DNA of 64,000 nt, taken from positions 4,201-68,200 of the forward strand of contig JAHZDG010000003.1 of the NCBI GenBank assembly GCA_019422485.1, written 5' to 3'. The stretch is from Alistipes sp. GTDB lineage: Bacteria; Bacteroidota; Bacteroidia; Bacteroidales; Rikenellaceae. Below the pieces are notes generated by a model. It saw only the letters and a list, made by a program, of their open reading frames with translations, was not told the origin of the DNA and did not search any database. Shown piece by piece: positions 55,389 to 64,000 of this stretch. How positions within the stretch are numbered: position 1 is the first letter of the stretch; each line of letters opens with the position of its first letter. The position numbers were made by a program, and so were the translations under genes.

Positions 55389-58300
55389 ATGGGCAAAGTT
55401 ATAAAAATAATATTATCCTTCCTATCGGCGCTCATTCTGGCGGCGATTCTTTTGCCCGTATCGTTGTCTTTGCTGCTCAATTTGTCGGTCGTACAGAACT
55501 ATGTGGGGCAGCGGGCGGCGGACTGGCTCGGGCAGAAACTGGAAACCCGGGTGACGCTCGACCGTTTGCAGTTGAAACTCTTCAACCGGGTTTCGATTTC
55601 GGGACTTTATCTGGAAGATTATCATCAGGATACGCTTTTTTATGCCAATCGGGTGACGGTGCCGATCCGACACATCGATTTTGTGACTGGTCGGATAGCG
55701 TTGGGAGAGGTGGAGTTGGATCATCCGAAATTCTACCTGATGCAGGACAGCACCGGAACAACCAACCTCAAACAGATTCTCCAAAAAGTCAAACGCAAAA
55801 AACCGAAAGAAAAAAAGCGCCCGTTCCGTCTGGTCGCCAGTGGTCTGGCCATTCATGAGATGGCTTTCAAGCACCGGAAACGGGATCTGATCGACCGCCA
55901 TGGAGCGGTGAATTTCACCGATCTGGAGGTGCAGGATTTTAACCTGCGGGTGCACCATGTGTCGGTCATTAACGACAGTGTGCATCTGGATATCGATTCC
56001 TTGCGGTTGAGGGAAAAGAGCGGTTTGGTTATTCGGAATCTTTCAACGGGGCATTTCGCGATTTCGGGAACGAGAATGCATTTCGATCGCTTGTCGTTGG
56101 ATACCCCCGATTCGCAGGTGGAAATGCCCTATTTCGAAATGGAATACGGACCCCGTTGGCAAGCCCTGAAAAATTTTGTGCAGGAGGTGAACCTCAAGGG
56201 AGAGATCGTTCATTCGAAAGTTAGCTTCCGGACCATCGCCTATTTTGCGCCTTCGCTCAAACGTTGGGAAACGGAGTTCGAAGAGGTCAGCGGACATGTG
56301 GAGGGGACGGTGGCCGATATGACTGGTGAACTAAGTCGGGTCCGTACCCGAGATACCGAGATTGCGGTCAATTTCGGTCTGCATGGCATTCCGGATATTC
56401 CCCGGACGCGGTTTGTGTTTGATATCGCTTCTTTGAAAACCTCCGAATCCGATGTCGCTTTCCTCTTGAAAGACATTGCCGGTCGGCAGCTCGATCCCTC
56501 GACCTCCCGTCTGATCAGCCGGCTGGGAACGATCTCCGTGAAGGGGCATTTCGATGGGTTGTTGAATCGATTCAAGGCCGATGCGGTGGTGCAGGGGGAT
56601 CCGGGTCAGGTACAGATGCAGGCTGCGATTCATCCGCAAGGCAATCGCTCAACGGCTTTCTCGGGGCATGTGGAGACGGTGCAGTTCGATGTGGGTGCCT
56701 GGCTGGGGATTGCCGACCTGGGTCGTTTGAGCCTGAATACCGATCTGAATGGCGGATTCGGTCGTCGTATGCTGAATGTCAGTACGGATACTCAGGTTGA
56801 TGATCTGGAATTCCGCGGATATACCTACCGGAATATTCGTGTGGGCGGGCAGATCGATAACCGAAAGTTCCTTGGGGATATCTCTTCGGAGGATTCGAAC
56901 CTGATGTTTGATTTCTCCGGATTGCTTGATTTTAATGATTCGATTCCGAATTACGATTTCAGTTTGCAGTTGCACCATGCCAACCTGAATGCATTGGGCG
57001 TCAATCGCCGGGATTCGGTTTCCGAGTTGAGGACCGCATTGGTGGCCCGGGCTTCGGGAACCAACCTCGATGACATCAACGGCGAGGCGACCATCAATAA
57101 CCTGACCTATGTCAATCATCTGGATACGGTGCGTACCGGGACGATCCGTTTCCGGGCGGAAAATAATCCGCAGCACAAACTGCTGACCATGCATTCGGAT
57201 TTTGCCGATGCCGAATTCCGCGGCAAACTCAGTTATGGACACATGTTTTCTTATTTTCAGAATACGTTGCGCTCCTATTTGCCGTCGTTGTCCCGTCCCG
57301 AGGGCATTGTAGCGGACGAGGTCTTGAGTGGAGAGGATCTGGCTGCTACCGGTCCTGATGCTCCGTCGGTTCCGAAGAGCGTTTCGGCGGCTTCGCCGTC
57401 GGGGGTGGTCGCAACGGGGACGAACAGTTTGGACGACTATTATGTCATTCGTCTGGATGTGAAGGAGGCCAATAACGTGGCCGGGATCTTTGTTCCGGGG
57501 CTGAGACTGGCTCAGGGAACCAAACTCTCTTTCCTGTTCAACCCGCAAAGCGATGTCTTCAACCTGAGTCTGACCTCGGATTTTATCGAACGAAACAACT
57601 TTTTTGTCTCCAAACTCTCGCTCAACAGCCGCAATCAGGCCGATTCGATCTCGTTGTTCCTGCAGTCGGAGGATATTTTTGCCGGGGGCGTCTATATGCC
57701 CAACTTTTCGGTCGTGGGCGGGATTAAGGAAAATACCATTAACCTGGCGTCGCGTTTCAATAACCCCGACAACGGGATGTATGCCATGTTGAGTACGACC
57801 TCGCGCTTGTCGACCGGTCCGGGCGGGATTCCTCGGTTGAGTATTCATTTCTTCCCTTCGACAATTGTCTCCGGGGGACAAACCTGGCGGGTCTATGCCC
57901 AGGAAATCCAGTACGATTCGACACAGGTGAAAATCGATCGTTTCAGCATCGACAGCGGCGATCAGCATCTGTTGCTCGATGGAGTGGCCTCCCGGAGTGT
58001 GACCGATACCGTGCGCCTGCGGATGAATCGTTTCGATCTGTCGGCCCTGTCGCAGTTGACGGCCCGGATGGGGTATCGGATCGAGGGGATGACCAACGGT
58101 CGGGCCGAGATGGTGTCGGCTCTGCAGAACGGATCTCTTTCGGCCGATGTGAGATTCGATTCGGTGAAAATCAACGAGGTGGAGGTGCCGCCACTGTTGT
58201 TTACCAGCAACTGGGACTTCCAGCAGCAGCGAGCCCGTTTTTCGTTGAATCATCGTCTGAAACAGGATACGCTGATGTATGGCTATTTCCGTCCGACGGA

Positions 58301-60080
58301 TAAGCGTTACCTGATTCGGGTCAATCTGGACAGCGTCGATTTGTCGTTGCTCGATCCGGTGTTGTCGGGAGTGATTTGCGACACGAAAGGGGGGGCCCGC
58401 ACCGATCTGCAGTTGACCAACCCCGACCACAAGATGCGGATCGACGGGACGATTCAGGTCGATTCTCTGGCGACGAAAGTGGACTTTACGCGGGTTCCGT
58501 ACTCGGTGGCTCCGACGCAGATAGCCGTGAATAACAACGTGATGCAACTCTCGCAGGCAACGCTGTACGATCGGGAGGGGCATACGGGAAAACTGGACTT
58601 GACCTTCGACTTCAGCCATTTCGCCAACCTGAAATACCAGGTTCGGGTGGCACCCGACAACATGCAGGTGTTGGGGACGACCATGCAGGATAATGACCTG
58701 TTCTACGGCAAGGTGTATGCTTCGGGGGTGGCGATGATTCAGGGCAGCAAGAATCAGGTGACGATGGATATTCAGGCCGCTACGGCCGGGAACTCGCATT
58801 TCTATATGCCGCTCAGTAGCGGAAGTACGATCTCGCGGGCCGATTTTGTGGTCTTTAGAAATCAGGGTCGGGTTCAGGAGGCGGATACGGTGCAGATCAG
58901 CCGGCGGAAACAGTTGCTGTTGGAACAACAGCGGCGGGCGACGCGACGATCGGCCTCGTCGACCCGGATGAATATTCGGATGGGGCTCGACGTGCTGCCG
59001 AATACGGAGGTGCAGTTGGTGATCGACCCGGCGACGGGCGATGTGCTGAAAGGTCGGGGTAACGGACATCTGACCTTGGGGGTCAATCCTTCCAACGATG
59101 AGTTTACGATCAACGGCGACTATAATATCACCGAAGGAAATATGCGCTTCTCGTTGCAGAACCTGGTGGCCCGGACCTTTACCTTGCAGCGGGGGAGTGT
59201 GATTCAGTTTACGGGGGATCCGTTGGATGCGCTGCTCGATGTGACGGCCAAATATAGTCTGAAAGCCTCGTTGGCCCCGTTGCAGGTAGCCTCGTCGAGT
59301 TCCGATGCCATGCGGGGCTCTGTGCCGGTCGACTGTCTGATCCACATGACGGGGCGTCTGACCGATCCGGAGTTGACGTTCGATGTGCAGGTGCCCAACG
59401 CTTCGGTCGAAACACAGAGTCTGGTCGCTTATGCGCTCAACTCTCAGGAGGCGATGGCGACTCAGTTCCTGTGGCTGCTGGCGACCAAGAGCTTCAATTC
59501 CGACAACGACCCGAAGATCGGGACCCGAAATGCAGCCGGTGGCGGGGTCGATTTCCTGACCAATCAGCTCAGTTCGCTGCTGACGACCGAACGTTTCAGT
59601 TTTGTGCCCAAGTATACGCCGGGGAACGATTATTATGCCGATGAGGTCGGGGGATCCATTTACGGCGAATTGATCAAAGACCGCCTGATCTTTGAGGCGG
59701 ATATGAGTTACAGCACCGACAAAAGGGCCAATAACCTGACCAATACCTCCTGGACCGGGGATGCGACTCTGAGTCTGTTACTCGATCCGGTGGGTAATTT
59801 CCGGTTGCGTGCCTTCACCCGGACGATCGACCGTTTCGATGAAAACCAGGGGATGCAGGAGACGGGCGTAGGGATCACCTACCGGGAGAATTTCGATAAT
59901 TTCAAGGATCTCAAACGGATTTTCAAAGAACGCTTTGCCAACTTGCGTCGTCGTCGCGAAGAGCGTCGTCGGGCCCGGGCCCAGCAAAAACTTTCTGAAC
60001 TGGAAGAAAAGGCCCTGAAAAGCGGGGAGGCAGCGTCAGCCTGGGATAAATCTTCGGACGAAGAGACTTTGTCTCCATAG
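55389..60080 (+). CDS. tamB: translocation and assembly module protein TamB (DUF490 family)
   Basis: 1563 aa with an N-terminal signal-anchor helix, a long beta-rich body, and a C-terminal DUF490-like region. It is divergent from tsaD, which is common in Bacteroidota. Confidence 0.75.
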   Translation: MGKVIKIILSFLSALILAAILLPVSLSLLLNLSVVQNYVGQRAADWLGQKLETRVTLDRLQLKLFNRVSISGLYLEDYHQDTLFYANRVTVPIRHIDFVTGRIALGEVELDHPKFYLMQDSTGTTNLKQILQKVKRKKPKEKKRPFRLVASGLAIHEMAFKHRKRDLIDRHGAVNFTDLEVQDFNLRVHHVSVINDSVHLDIDSLRLREKSGLVIRNLSTGHFAISGTRMHFDRLSLDTPDSQVEMPYFEMEYGPRWQALKNFVQEVNLKGEIVHSKVSFRTIAYFAPSLKRWETEFEEVSGHVEGTVADMTGELSRVRTRDTEIAVNFGLHGIPDIPRTRFVFDIASLKTSESDVAFLLKDIAGRQLDPSTSRLISRLGTISVKGHFDGLLNRFKADAVVQGDPGQVQMQAAIHPQGNRSTAFSGHVETVQFDVGAWLGIADLGRLSLNTDLNGGFGRRMLNVSTDTQVDDLEFRGYTYRNIRVGGQIDNRKFLGDISSEDSNLMFDFSGLLDFNDSIPNYDFSLQLHHANLNALGVNRRDSVSELRTALVARASGTNLDDINGEATINNLTYVNHLDTVRTGTIRFRAENNPQHKLLTMHSDFADAEFRGKLSYGHMFSYFQNTLRSYLPSLSRPEGIVADEVLSGEDLAATGPDAPSVPKSVSAASPSGVVATGTNSLDDYYVIRLDVKEANNVAGIFVPGLRLAQGTKLSFLFNPQSDVFNLSLTSDFIERNNFFVSKLSLNSRNQADSISLFLQSEDIFAGGVYMPNFSVVGGIKENTINLASRFNNPDNGMYAMLSTTSRLSTGPGGIPRLSIHFFPSTIVSGGQTWRVYAQEIQYDSTQVKIDRFSIDSGDQHLLLDGVASRSVTDTVRLRMNRFDLSALSQLTARMGYRIEGMTNGRAEMVSALQNGSLSADVRFDSVKINEVEVPPLLFTSNWDFQQQRARFSLNHRLKQDTLMYGYFRPTDKRYLIRVNLDSVDLSLLDPVLSGVICDTKGGARTDLQLTNPDHKMRIDGTIQVDSLATKVDFTRVPYSVAPTQIAVNNNVMQLSQATLYDREGHTGKLDLTFDFSHFANLKYQVRVAPDNMQVLGTTMQDNDLFYGKVYASGVAMIQGSKNQVTMDIQAATAGNSHFYMPLSSGSTISRADFVVFRNQGRVQEADTVQISRRKQLLLEQQRRATRRSASSTRMNIRMGLDVLPNTEVQLVIDPATGDVLKGRGNGHLTLGVNPSNDEFTINGDYNITEGNMRFSLQNLVARTFTLQRGSVIQFTGDPLDALLDVTAKYSLKASLAPLQVASSSSDAMRGSVPVDCLIHMTGRLTDPELTFDVQVPNASVETQSLVAYALNSQEAMATQFLWLLATKSFNSDNDPKIGTRNAAGGGVDFLTNQLSSLLTTERFSFVPKYTPGNDYYADEVGGSIYGELIKDRLIFEADMSYSTDKRANNLTNTSWTGDATLSLLLDPVGNFRLRAFTRTIDRFDENQGMQETGVGITYRENFDNFKDLKRIFKERFANLRRRREERRRARAQQKLSELEEKALKSGEAASAWDKSSDEETLSP

Positions 60081-60128
60081 TTTTCAACAAATTATTAAAA
60101 GATCGGATACCAAGTGGTAGAAAAAACG

Positions 60129-60136
60129 TATTTTTG
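60129..60136 (+). promoter_or_regulatory. TAnnTTTG -7 box for exbB-exbD-tonB
   Basis: TATTTTTG lies 62 nt upstream of ATG 60198. Confidence 0.6.
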
Positions 60137-60197
60137 TGCTCAAATTGCCGTTAAAGCATAGTAACCGAGCTTATAAAGAATAAAAACCGATACACTC

Positions 60198-60908
60198 ATG
60201 AATTTATTATTGCAGACAACAGAGATGGTAGCCGAAGCTACCGAAACCGCCCAAACTGCTCAAACCATGGGCCTGGGTGAACTTTTCCTGGCCGGGGGTT
60301 GGTTGATGTGGCCCTTGCTGGCGTTGGGTGGGGTGACGATCTTCATCTTTTTCGAACGCTTCTGGGCCATTCGCAAGGCTTCACAGATCGATATGAACTT
60401 TATGAACCGCATCCGCGACATGATCTATGACGGCAAAATTACCGCCGCCATCCAGTTGTGCCGCAATACCGACAGCCCGATTGCCCGCATGATCGAAAAA
60501 GGGATCGAACGTATCGGCCGTCCGCTGAACGACGTTCACTCGTCGATCGAAAACGTGGCCAACCTGGAAGTCTCGAAACTCGAAAACGGATTGCCGTTCC
60601 TGGCGACGATCGCCGGGGGTGCCCCGATGTTGGGGTTCCTGGGGACCGTTATCGGGATGGTGCAGGCCTTTATGAATATGGCTCAGGCCGGCGGTACGGT
60701 CGATATGAGCATCCTGGCCAGCGGGATGTATGTCGCCATGATTACGACCGTCGGCGGTCTGATCGTCGGGATTCCGGCCTACTTCGGCTATAACTACCTG
60801 GTGGCCCGGATCGAAAAACTGGTTTTCCAGATGGAAGCCAACTCGATCGCCTTCATGGATATTCTGAATCAGCCGGTGGAACAATCTTCCCATATGGGTA
60901 TGCGTTAA
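60198..60908 (+). CDS. exbB: MotA/TolQ/ExbB proton-channel protein
   Basis: Three TM helices and the family core ATIAGGAPMLGFLGTVIGM. Confidence 0.88.
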   Translation: MNLLLQTTEMVAEATETAQTAQTMGLGELFLAGGWLMWPLLALGGVTIFIFFERFWAIRKASQIDMNFMNRIRDMIYDGKITAAIQLCRNTDSPIARMIEKGIERIGRPLNDVHSSIENVANLEVSKLENGLPFLATIAGGAPMLGFLGTVIGMVQAFMNMAQAGGTVDMSILASGMYVAMITTVGGLIVGIPAYFGYNYLVARIEKLVFQMEANSIAFMDILNQPVEQSSHMGMR

Positions 60909-61034
60909 TGGAATACCGGTTGCGGAAGTTTGTCCCGTGTCGTAGCGGAGAACCCGGTGGGGGACTCTTTCGGAACGGACAAATAGCCCGAGTGTATTCC
61001 TAACAGAGAGTTCAACGATTAACAAACCGAAATT

Positions 61035-61427
61035 ATGGCCATTAAAAGAGGCTCAAAAGTCGAAAAATCTTATAGCGCGGCATCTATGACCGACTTGATG
61101 TTCCTGCTGTTGATCTTCATGTTGATCTCGACCACGCTGATCAATCCCAATGCCTTGAAGCTGTTGCTGCCCAAGAGCGCCAATCAGCTCAAGGAAAAAC
61201 CTTATACGACGGTATCGATCACCAGTGACCTGAACTATTATGTCGAAATGACTCCTGTTCCGTTCGATCGGTTGGAGTCGGCCTTGCAGGCGAAACTCGG
61301 CGGGGTGGAAGATCCTACCGTGTCGTTGCATTGCGACAAGACGGTGCCGGTGGACGAGGTGGTCAAAGTGATGAACATCGCCAAAAACAATAAGTATAAA
61401 TTGATTCTGGCGACCAGCCCCAATTAA
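61035..61427 (+). CDS. exbD: biopolymer transport protein ExbD/TolR
   Basis: 130 aa with an N-terminal TM helix carrying the conserved Asp (MTDLMFLLLIFML) and a periplasmic domain. Confidence 0.88.
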   Translation: MAIKRGSKVEKSYSAASMTDLMFLLLIFMLISTTLINPNALKLLLPKSANQLKEKPYTTVSITSDLNYYVEMTPVPFDRLESALQAKLGGVEDPTVSLHCDKTVPVDEVVKVMNIAKNNKYKLILATSPN

Positions 61428-61429
61428 GT

Positions 61430-62254
61430 ATGATGGTGGATTATCAGCAGGAGGACCGGACCCAGGGACGGATCGTCGGTGGGGTAGCTACGCTGGTGTA
61501 TGCGGTGTTGCTGGTCGTGCTGATGCTGTTCGTTCGGTTTACGTTGGATCAGAAACCCGAAGAAAGCGACGGGTTGATGATCAACTTCGGGAACGTGGAG
61601 GAGGCCGCCCCCGGCAGCGATATGCAGCTCAATGATGAGATTGCCGAGGCGCGTCAGGTCGAACGTCAGACACCTGCCGTACAGAGTGAGGAAGAGACTT
61701 TGACCCAGGATTTCGAAGAGGCTCCGGCGGTGCAGAAACCCAAGACCCAGAAAAAGAAACCCAAAGAAGAACCCAAGAAGGAGACTCCTCAACCGAAAAA
61801 GAATACCCAGCCGCCCGCCGAGAAACCGCGTGAGGTGAATCGTAAGGCGTTGTTCCCGGGACGCACGGCCGGCAGTAAGGCCACCAGCGAAGGGACAGGA
61901 AAAGGGGCCGGTAACCAGGGAAATCTGGCGGGAGATCCCGGCGGAAGTCACGATGGCAATGGCACCGGAACCGGTGGCAGCGGGACGGCATCCTTGTCCG
62001 GACGTTCATTGGTAGGGGCGTTGCCCCGACCCGATTACGGTGCGCGAGATGAGGGTCGTGTCGTGGTAGAGATCACCGTCGATCAGCAGGGACGGGTCGT
62101 CAATGCTGCATATCGTTCGGTCGGTTCGACCACCCAGAACAGTACGTTGGTGAATGCTGCGTTGCGGGCGGCTCGTCAGGCCCGATTCAACGTGGATGAA
62201 AACGCGCCGATTTCTCAGCGAGGAACCATTACCTATATTTTCCGAATGCAGTAG
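61430..62254 (+). CDS. tonB: energy transducer TonB
   Basis: A TM helix (VATLVYAVLLVVLMLFV), a Pro/Lys/Glu-rich spacer, and a TonB_C domain (GRVVVEITVDQQGRVVNA...RQARFNVD...QRGTITYIF). It starts 2 nt after exbD. Confidence 0.85.
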   Translation: MMVDYQQEDRTQGRIVGGVATLVYAVLLVVLMLFVRFTLDQKPEESDGLMINFGNVEEAAPGSDMQLNDEIAEARQVERQTPAVQSEEETLTQDFEEAPAVQKPKTQKKKPKEEPKKETPQPKKNTQPPAEKPREVNRKALFPGRTAGSKATSEGTGKGAGNQGNLAGDPGGSHDGNGTGTGGSGTASLSGRSLVGALPRPDYGARDEGRVVVEITVDQQGRVVNAAYRSVGSTTQNSTLVNAALRAARQARFNVDENAPISQRGTITYIFRMQ

Positions 62255-62310
62255 AAAACCCTGTCCGTTGAGGGGGAATTTTCTGTGGACCGTTCGAAAG
62301 CTTCAGTGCG

Positions 62311-62691
62311 ATGCGTATGAAAAAATTTTGGTTGCTGTTGTTGTGTGGATTGGGGAGTGGCCTGCTTTCGGCTCAACCCGCTCTGCGCTTCGAAGTGACG
62401 GAACAGAATGCCGGGAAAATCCCGGAACAAGGCGGGGTGGTAACCCGTACGTATCGTTATACGAATGAGGGGAATGCTCCCTTGTTGGTGATCGATAGCA
62501 AAGTGTCGTGCAGCTGTACCAAAGTGGAGTTTTCGAAAAAGCCGTTGATGCCGGGCCAAAAAGCGGAGGTTATCGTGCGGTACGATCCCCGAAAACAGCC
62601 GGCCGGTAAAATCTATAAAGCGATTCAGCTCTTTTCGAACGATCCGGCGGGTCGTCATATTTTGATCTTTCGGGGAGAAGTAACCCCTTAA
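62311..62691 (+). CDS. DUF1573 domain-containing secreted protein
   Basis: A signal peptide, then FEVTEQNAGKIPEQGGVVTRTYRYTNEGNAPLLVIDSKVSCSCTKVEFSKKPLMPGQ, the typical DUF1573 pattern. Confidence 0.75.
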   Translation: MRMKKFWLLLLCGLGSGLLSAQPALRFEVTEQNAGKIPEQGGVVTRTYRYTNEGNAPLLVIDSKVSCSCTKVEFSKKPLMPGQKAEVIVRYDPRKQPAGKIYKAIQLFSNDPAGRHILIFRGEVTP

Positions 62692-62711
62692 ACAGAATGA
62701 GGAAAAAGTAT

Positions 62712-62743
62712 AAAAGCGGTTGGTTGTGGCCAACCGCTTTTTG
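62712..62743. terminator. bidirectional intrinsic terminator between the DUF1573 gene and the convergent MATE gene
   Basis: gcggttgg / ccaaccgc form an 8-bp stem flanked by aaaa on one side and ttttt on the other. Confidence 0.75.
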
Positions 62744-62773
62744 TATGGTTTGAAGCGAAGGGGCGGGTGGAGA

Positions 62774-64000
62774 TCAGATCAGCTTTTTCAATCCGCTGGT
62801 CATGATGTATTGGAGTACGCCGCGCAGAACCAAAAAGACCATGAAGGCCAGCCAGAGCGCATTGTTGCCTAACGATCCCAGCAAACCGTAGTAGGTGGCT
62901 AAAAAGGCCGCCATAGAGATGAATACCGAGTTGCGCATGATGCGGGTGGCGGTGGCGCCGATCAGGGCTCCGTCAATCAGGAACGGGGCGAAGCCGAGCA
63001 GCGGAACGATTACCACCCAACCGACGTATTGCGAGGCGGTGGCGAGAATGTCGGGGCTTTCGGTGAACAGTTTTAGCAGGTCTTCCCAGAAGAAGATGTA
63101 GACCAGCATGTTGAACAGCGCAACGCCGGCGCTCCAGGCCAGCAGGGCTTTCAGGTAGCGTCGGATCATGTAGGGGTTGCGTGCTCCGACAAACCGTCCG
63201 ATGAGCGATTCGGCGGCGTAGGCGAAGCCGTCCATCATGTAGGAGAAAATCGTAAAGAGCTGCATGAGCAGGGTGTTTACGGCCAGCATGGTGTCGCCCA
63301 TGCCCGAAGAGGCGGAGGTGAAGAAGGTATATACGACGACGATAAAGAATGTCCGCAGGAAAATGTCCCGGTTGACGGCGAAAAAGTGCATCATGGGTTT
63401 CATGTCGAGGGCGCTGCGCAGATCGACGTGTCTCAGAATGCGGCGATAGTAGCGTCCGGTCAGCCAGAGTGCCATCCCCAGCGAACCGTATTGGGCGACG
63501 ACGGTTCCCCAGGCGACACCGACCATCCCCATGTTCAGCCCGAATACGAACCACAGGCTGAAGGCAATGTTCAGTACATTGAGAACGATGGAGATATACA
63601 TCGGGAATCGGGAGTTCTGCAGACCGATGAACCAGCCCTGGAAGACAAACAGCGAAAGGGTGGCCGGGGCGGCCCATACGCGGGCGTAGAAGTATTCGGC
63701 GGCCATTTGCATGGTTTGTGGGGTGCCTTTCATCATGGCCAGGGTGAGGGTGCCGACACCGCGTTGAAAGACCAGCAGAAGCAGGGCAACGAGCAGGGCG
63801 ACGCTCAGGGATCGAACCAGAACGGCTGCGGCTTCGGGAAAGTTGCGGGCTCCGAAGGCCTGGGCGGCCAGTCCCGAGGTCCCCATGCGCAGGAAGGCGA
63901 AGTTCCAGTAGATGAAATTGAAGATCGTGGTCCCGATGGCCAGGGCCCCGATCAGGTAGTCGACTCCCAGCCGACCTACCACGGCAATGTCTACCATCCC
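62774..64000 (-). CDS. MATE family efflux transporter; N-terminus lies outside the window
   Basis: The frame is open to the window edge. It is a polytopic membrane protein with MATE-like segments (RMGTSGLAAQAFGARN and YAAESLIGRFVGARN). Confidence 0.8.
   Translation of the reverse strand, partial: GMVDIAVVGRLGVDYLIGALAIGTTIFNFIYWNFAFLRMGTSGLAAQAFGARNFPEAAAVLVRSLSVALLVALLLLVFQRGVGTLTLAMMKGTPQTMQMAAEYFYARVWAAPATLSLFVFQGWFIGLQNSRFPMYISIVLNVLNIAFSLWFVFGLNMGMVGVAWGTVVAQYGSLGMALWLTGRYYRRILRHVDLRSALDMKPMMHFFAVNRDIFLRTFFIVVVYTFFTSASSGMGDTMLAVNTLLMQLFTIFSYMMDGFAYAAESLIGRFVGARNPYMIRRYLKALLAWSAGVALFNMLVYIFFWEDLLKLFTESPDILATASQYVGWVVIVPLLGFAPFLIDGALIGATATRIMRNSVFISMAAFLATYYGLLGSLGNNALWLAFMVFLVLRGVLQYIMTSGLKKLI

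Noticed and set aside
1-64000. I looked for CRISPR arrays, transposases or integrases, inverted-repeat-bounded elements, toxin-antitoxin pairs, reverse transcriptases and restriction-modification or other defence modules.
   Set aside because: None was seen. There are no regularly spaced repeats and no recombinase or nuclease signatures. Apart from the two insertions inside the dcw cluster, every sizeable ORF is assignable to housekeeping or envelope functions.

Overview
The window is a Bacteroidota chromosomal core region. Supporting signs are TAnnTTTG -7 promoter boxes, a fused lpxC-fabZ, an FtsL_2-type ftsL, gldE, DUF1573, tamB next to tsaD, and a mitochondrial-type aconitase. It is GC-rich for the phylum, so it may be Alistipes- or Rikenellaceae-like, but that is inference.

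About 47 protein genes are packed mostly on the + strand. In order:
- 3' end of pnp, then a strongly codon-biased TPR lipoprotein
- nth, an S41 peptidase, a flavodoxin/4Fe-4S protein, a DHH phosphoesterase, a PH-domain membrane protein, aconitase
- a minus-strand block: rubredoxin, purB, GH78-like hydrolase, Wzx-like flippase, argS
- dusB, then a long dcw cluster: ftsL-like, ftsI, murE, mraY, murD, ftsW, murG, murC, ftsQ, ftsA, ftsZ
- gldE-like, M28 peptidase, fabI, a small OM beta-barrel, an orphan TonB-like gene
- lpxC/fabZ, lpxA, a secreted hypothetical, rimP-nusA-infB, tsaD, tamB, exbB-exbD-tonB, DUF1573, and a partial MATE transporter

I found no rRNA, tRNA, CRISPR array, transposase, integrase or recognisable defence system.

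The most unusual feature is the architecture of the dcw cluster:
- mraZ and rsmH are absent upstream.
- A 3-kb three-gene cassette with its own promoters (two small membrane proteins plus a membrane-anchored PHP phosphoesterase) sits between ftsI and murE.
- A secreted PQQ/BamB-like beta-propeller gene is wedged tightly between murE and mraY.
- Two long non-coding spacers (murD-ftsW and murG-murC) interrupt otherwise tight coupling.
- Several division genes need non-ATG starts.

Many long ORFs in the supplied track are antisense shadows of real genes, and several track ORFs start upstream of the likely true start. All functional calls rest on motifs read by eye. No searches were run.
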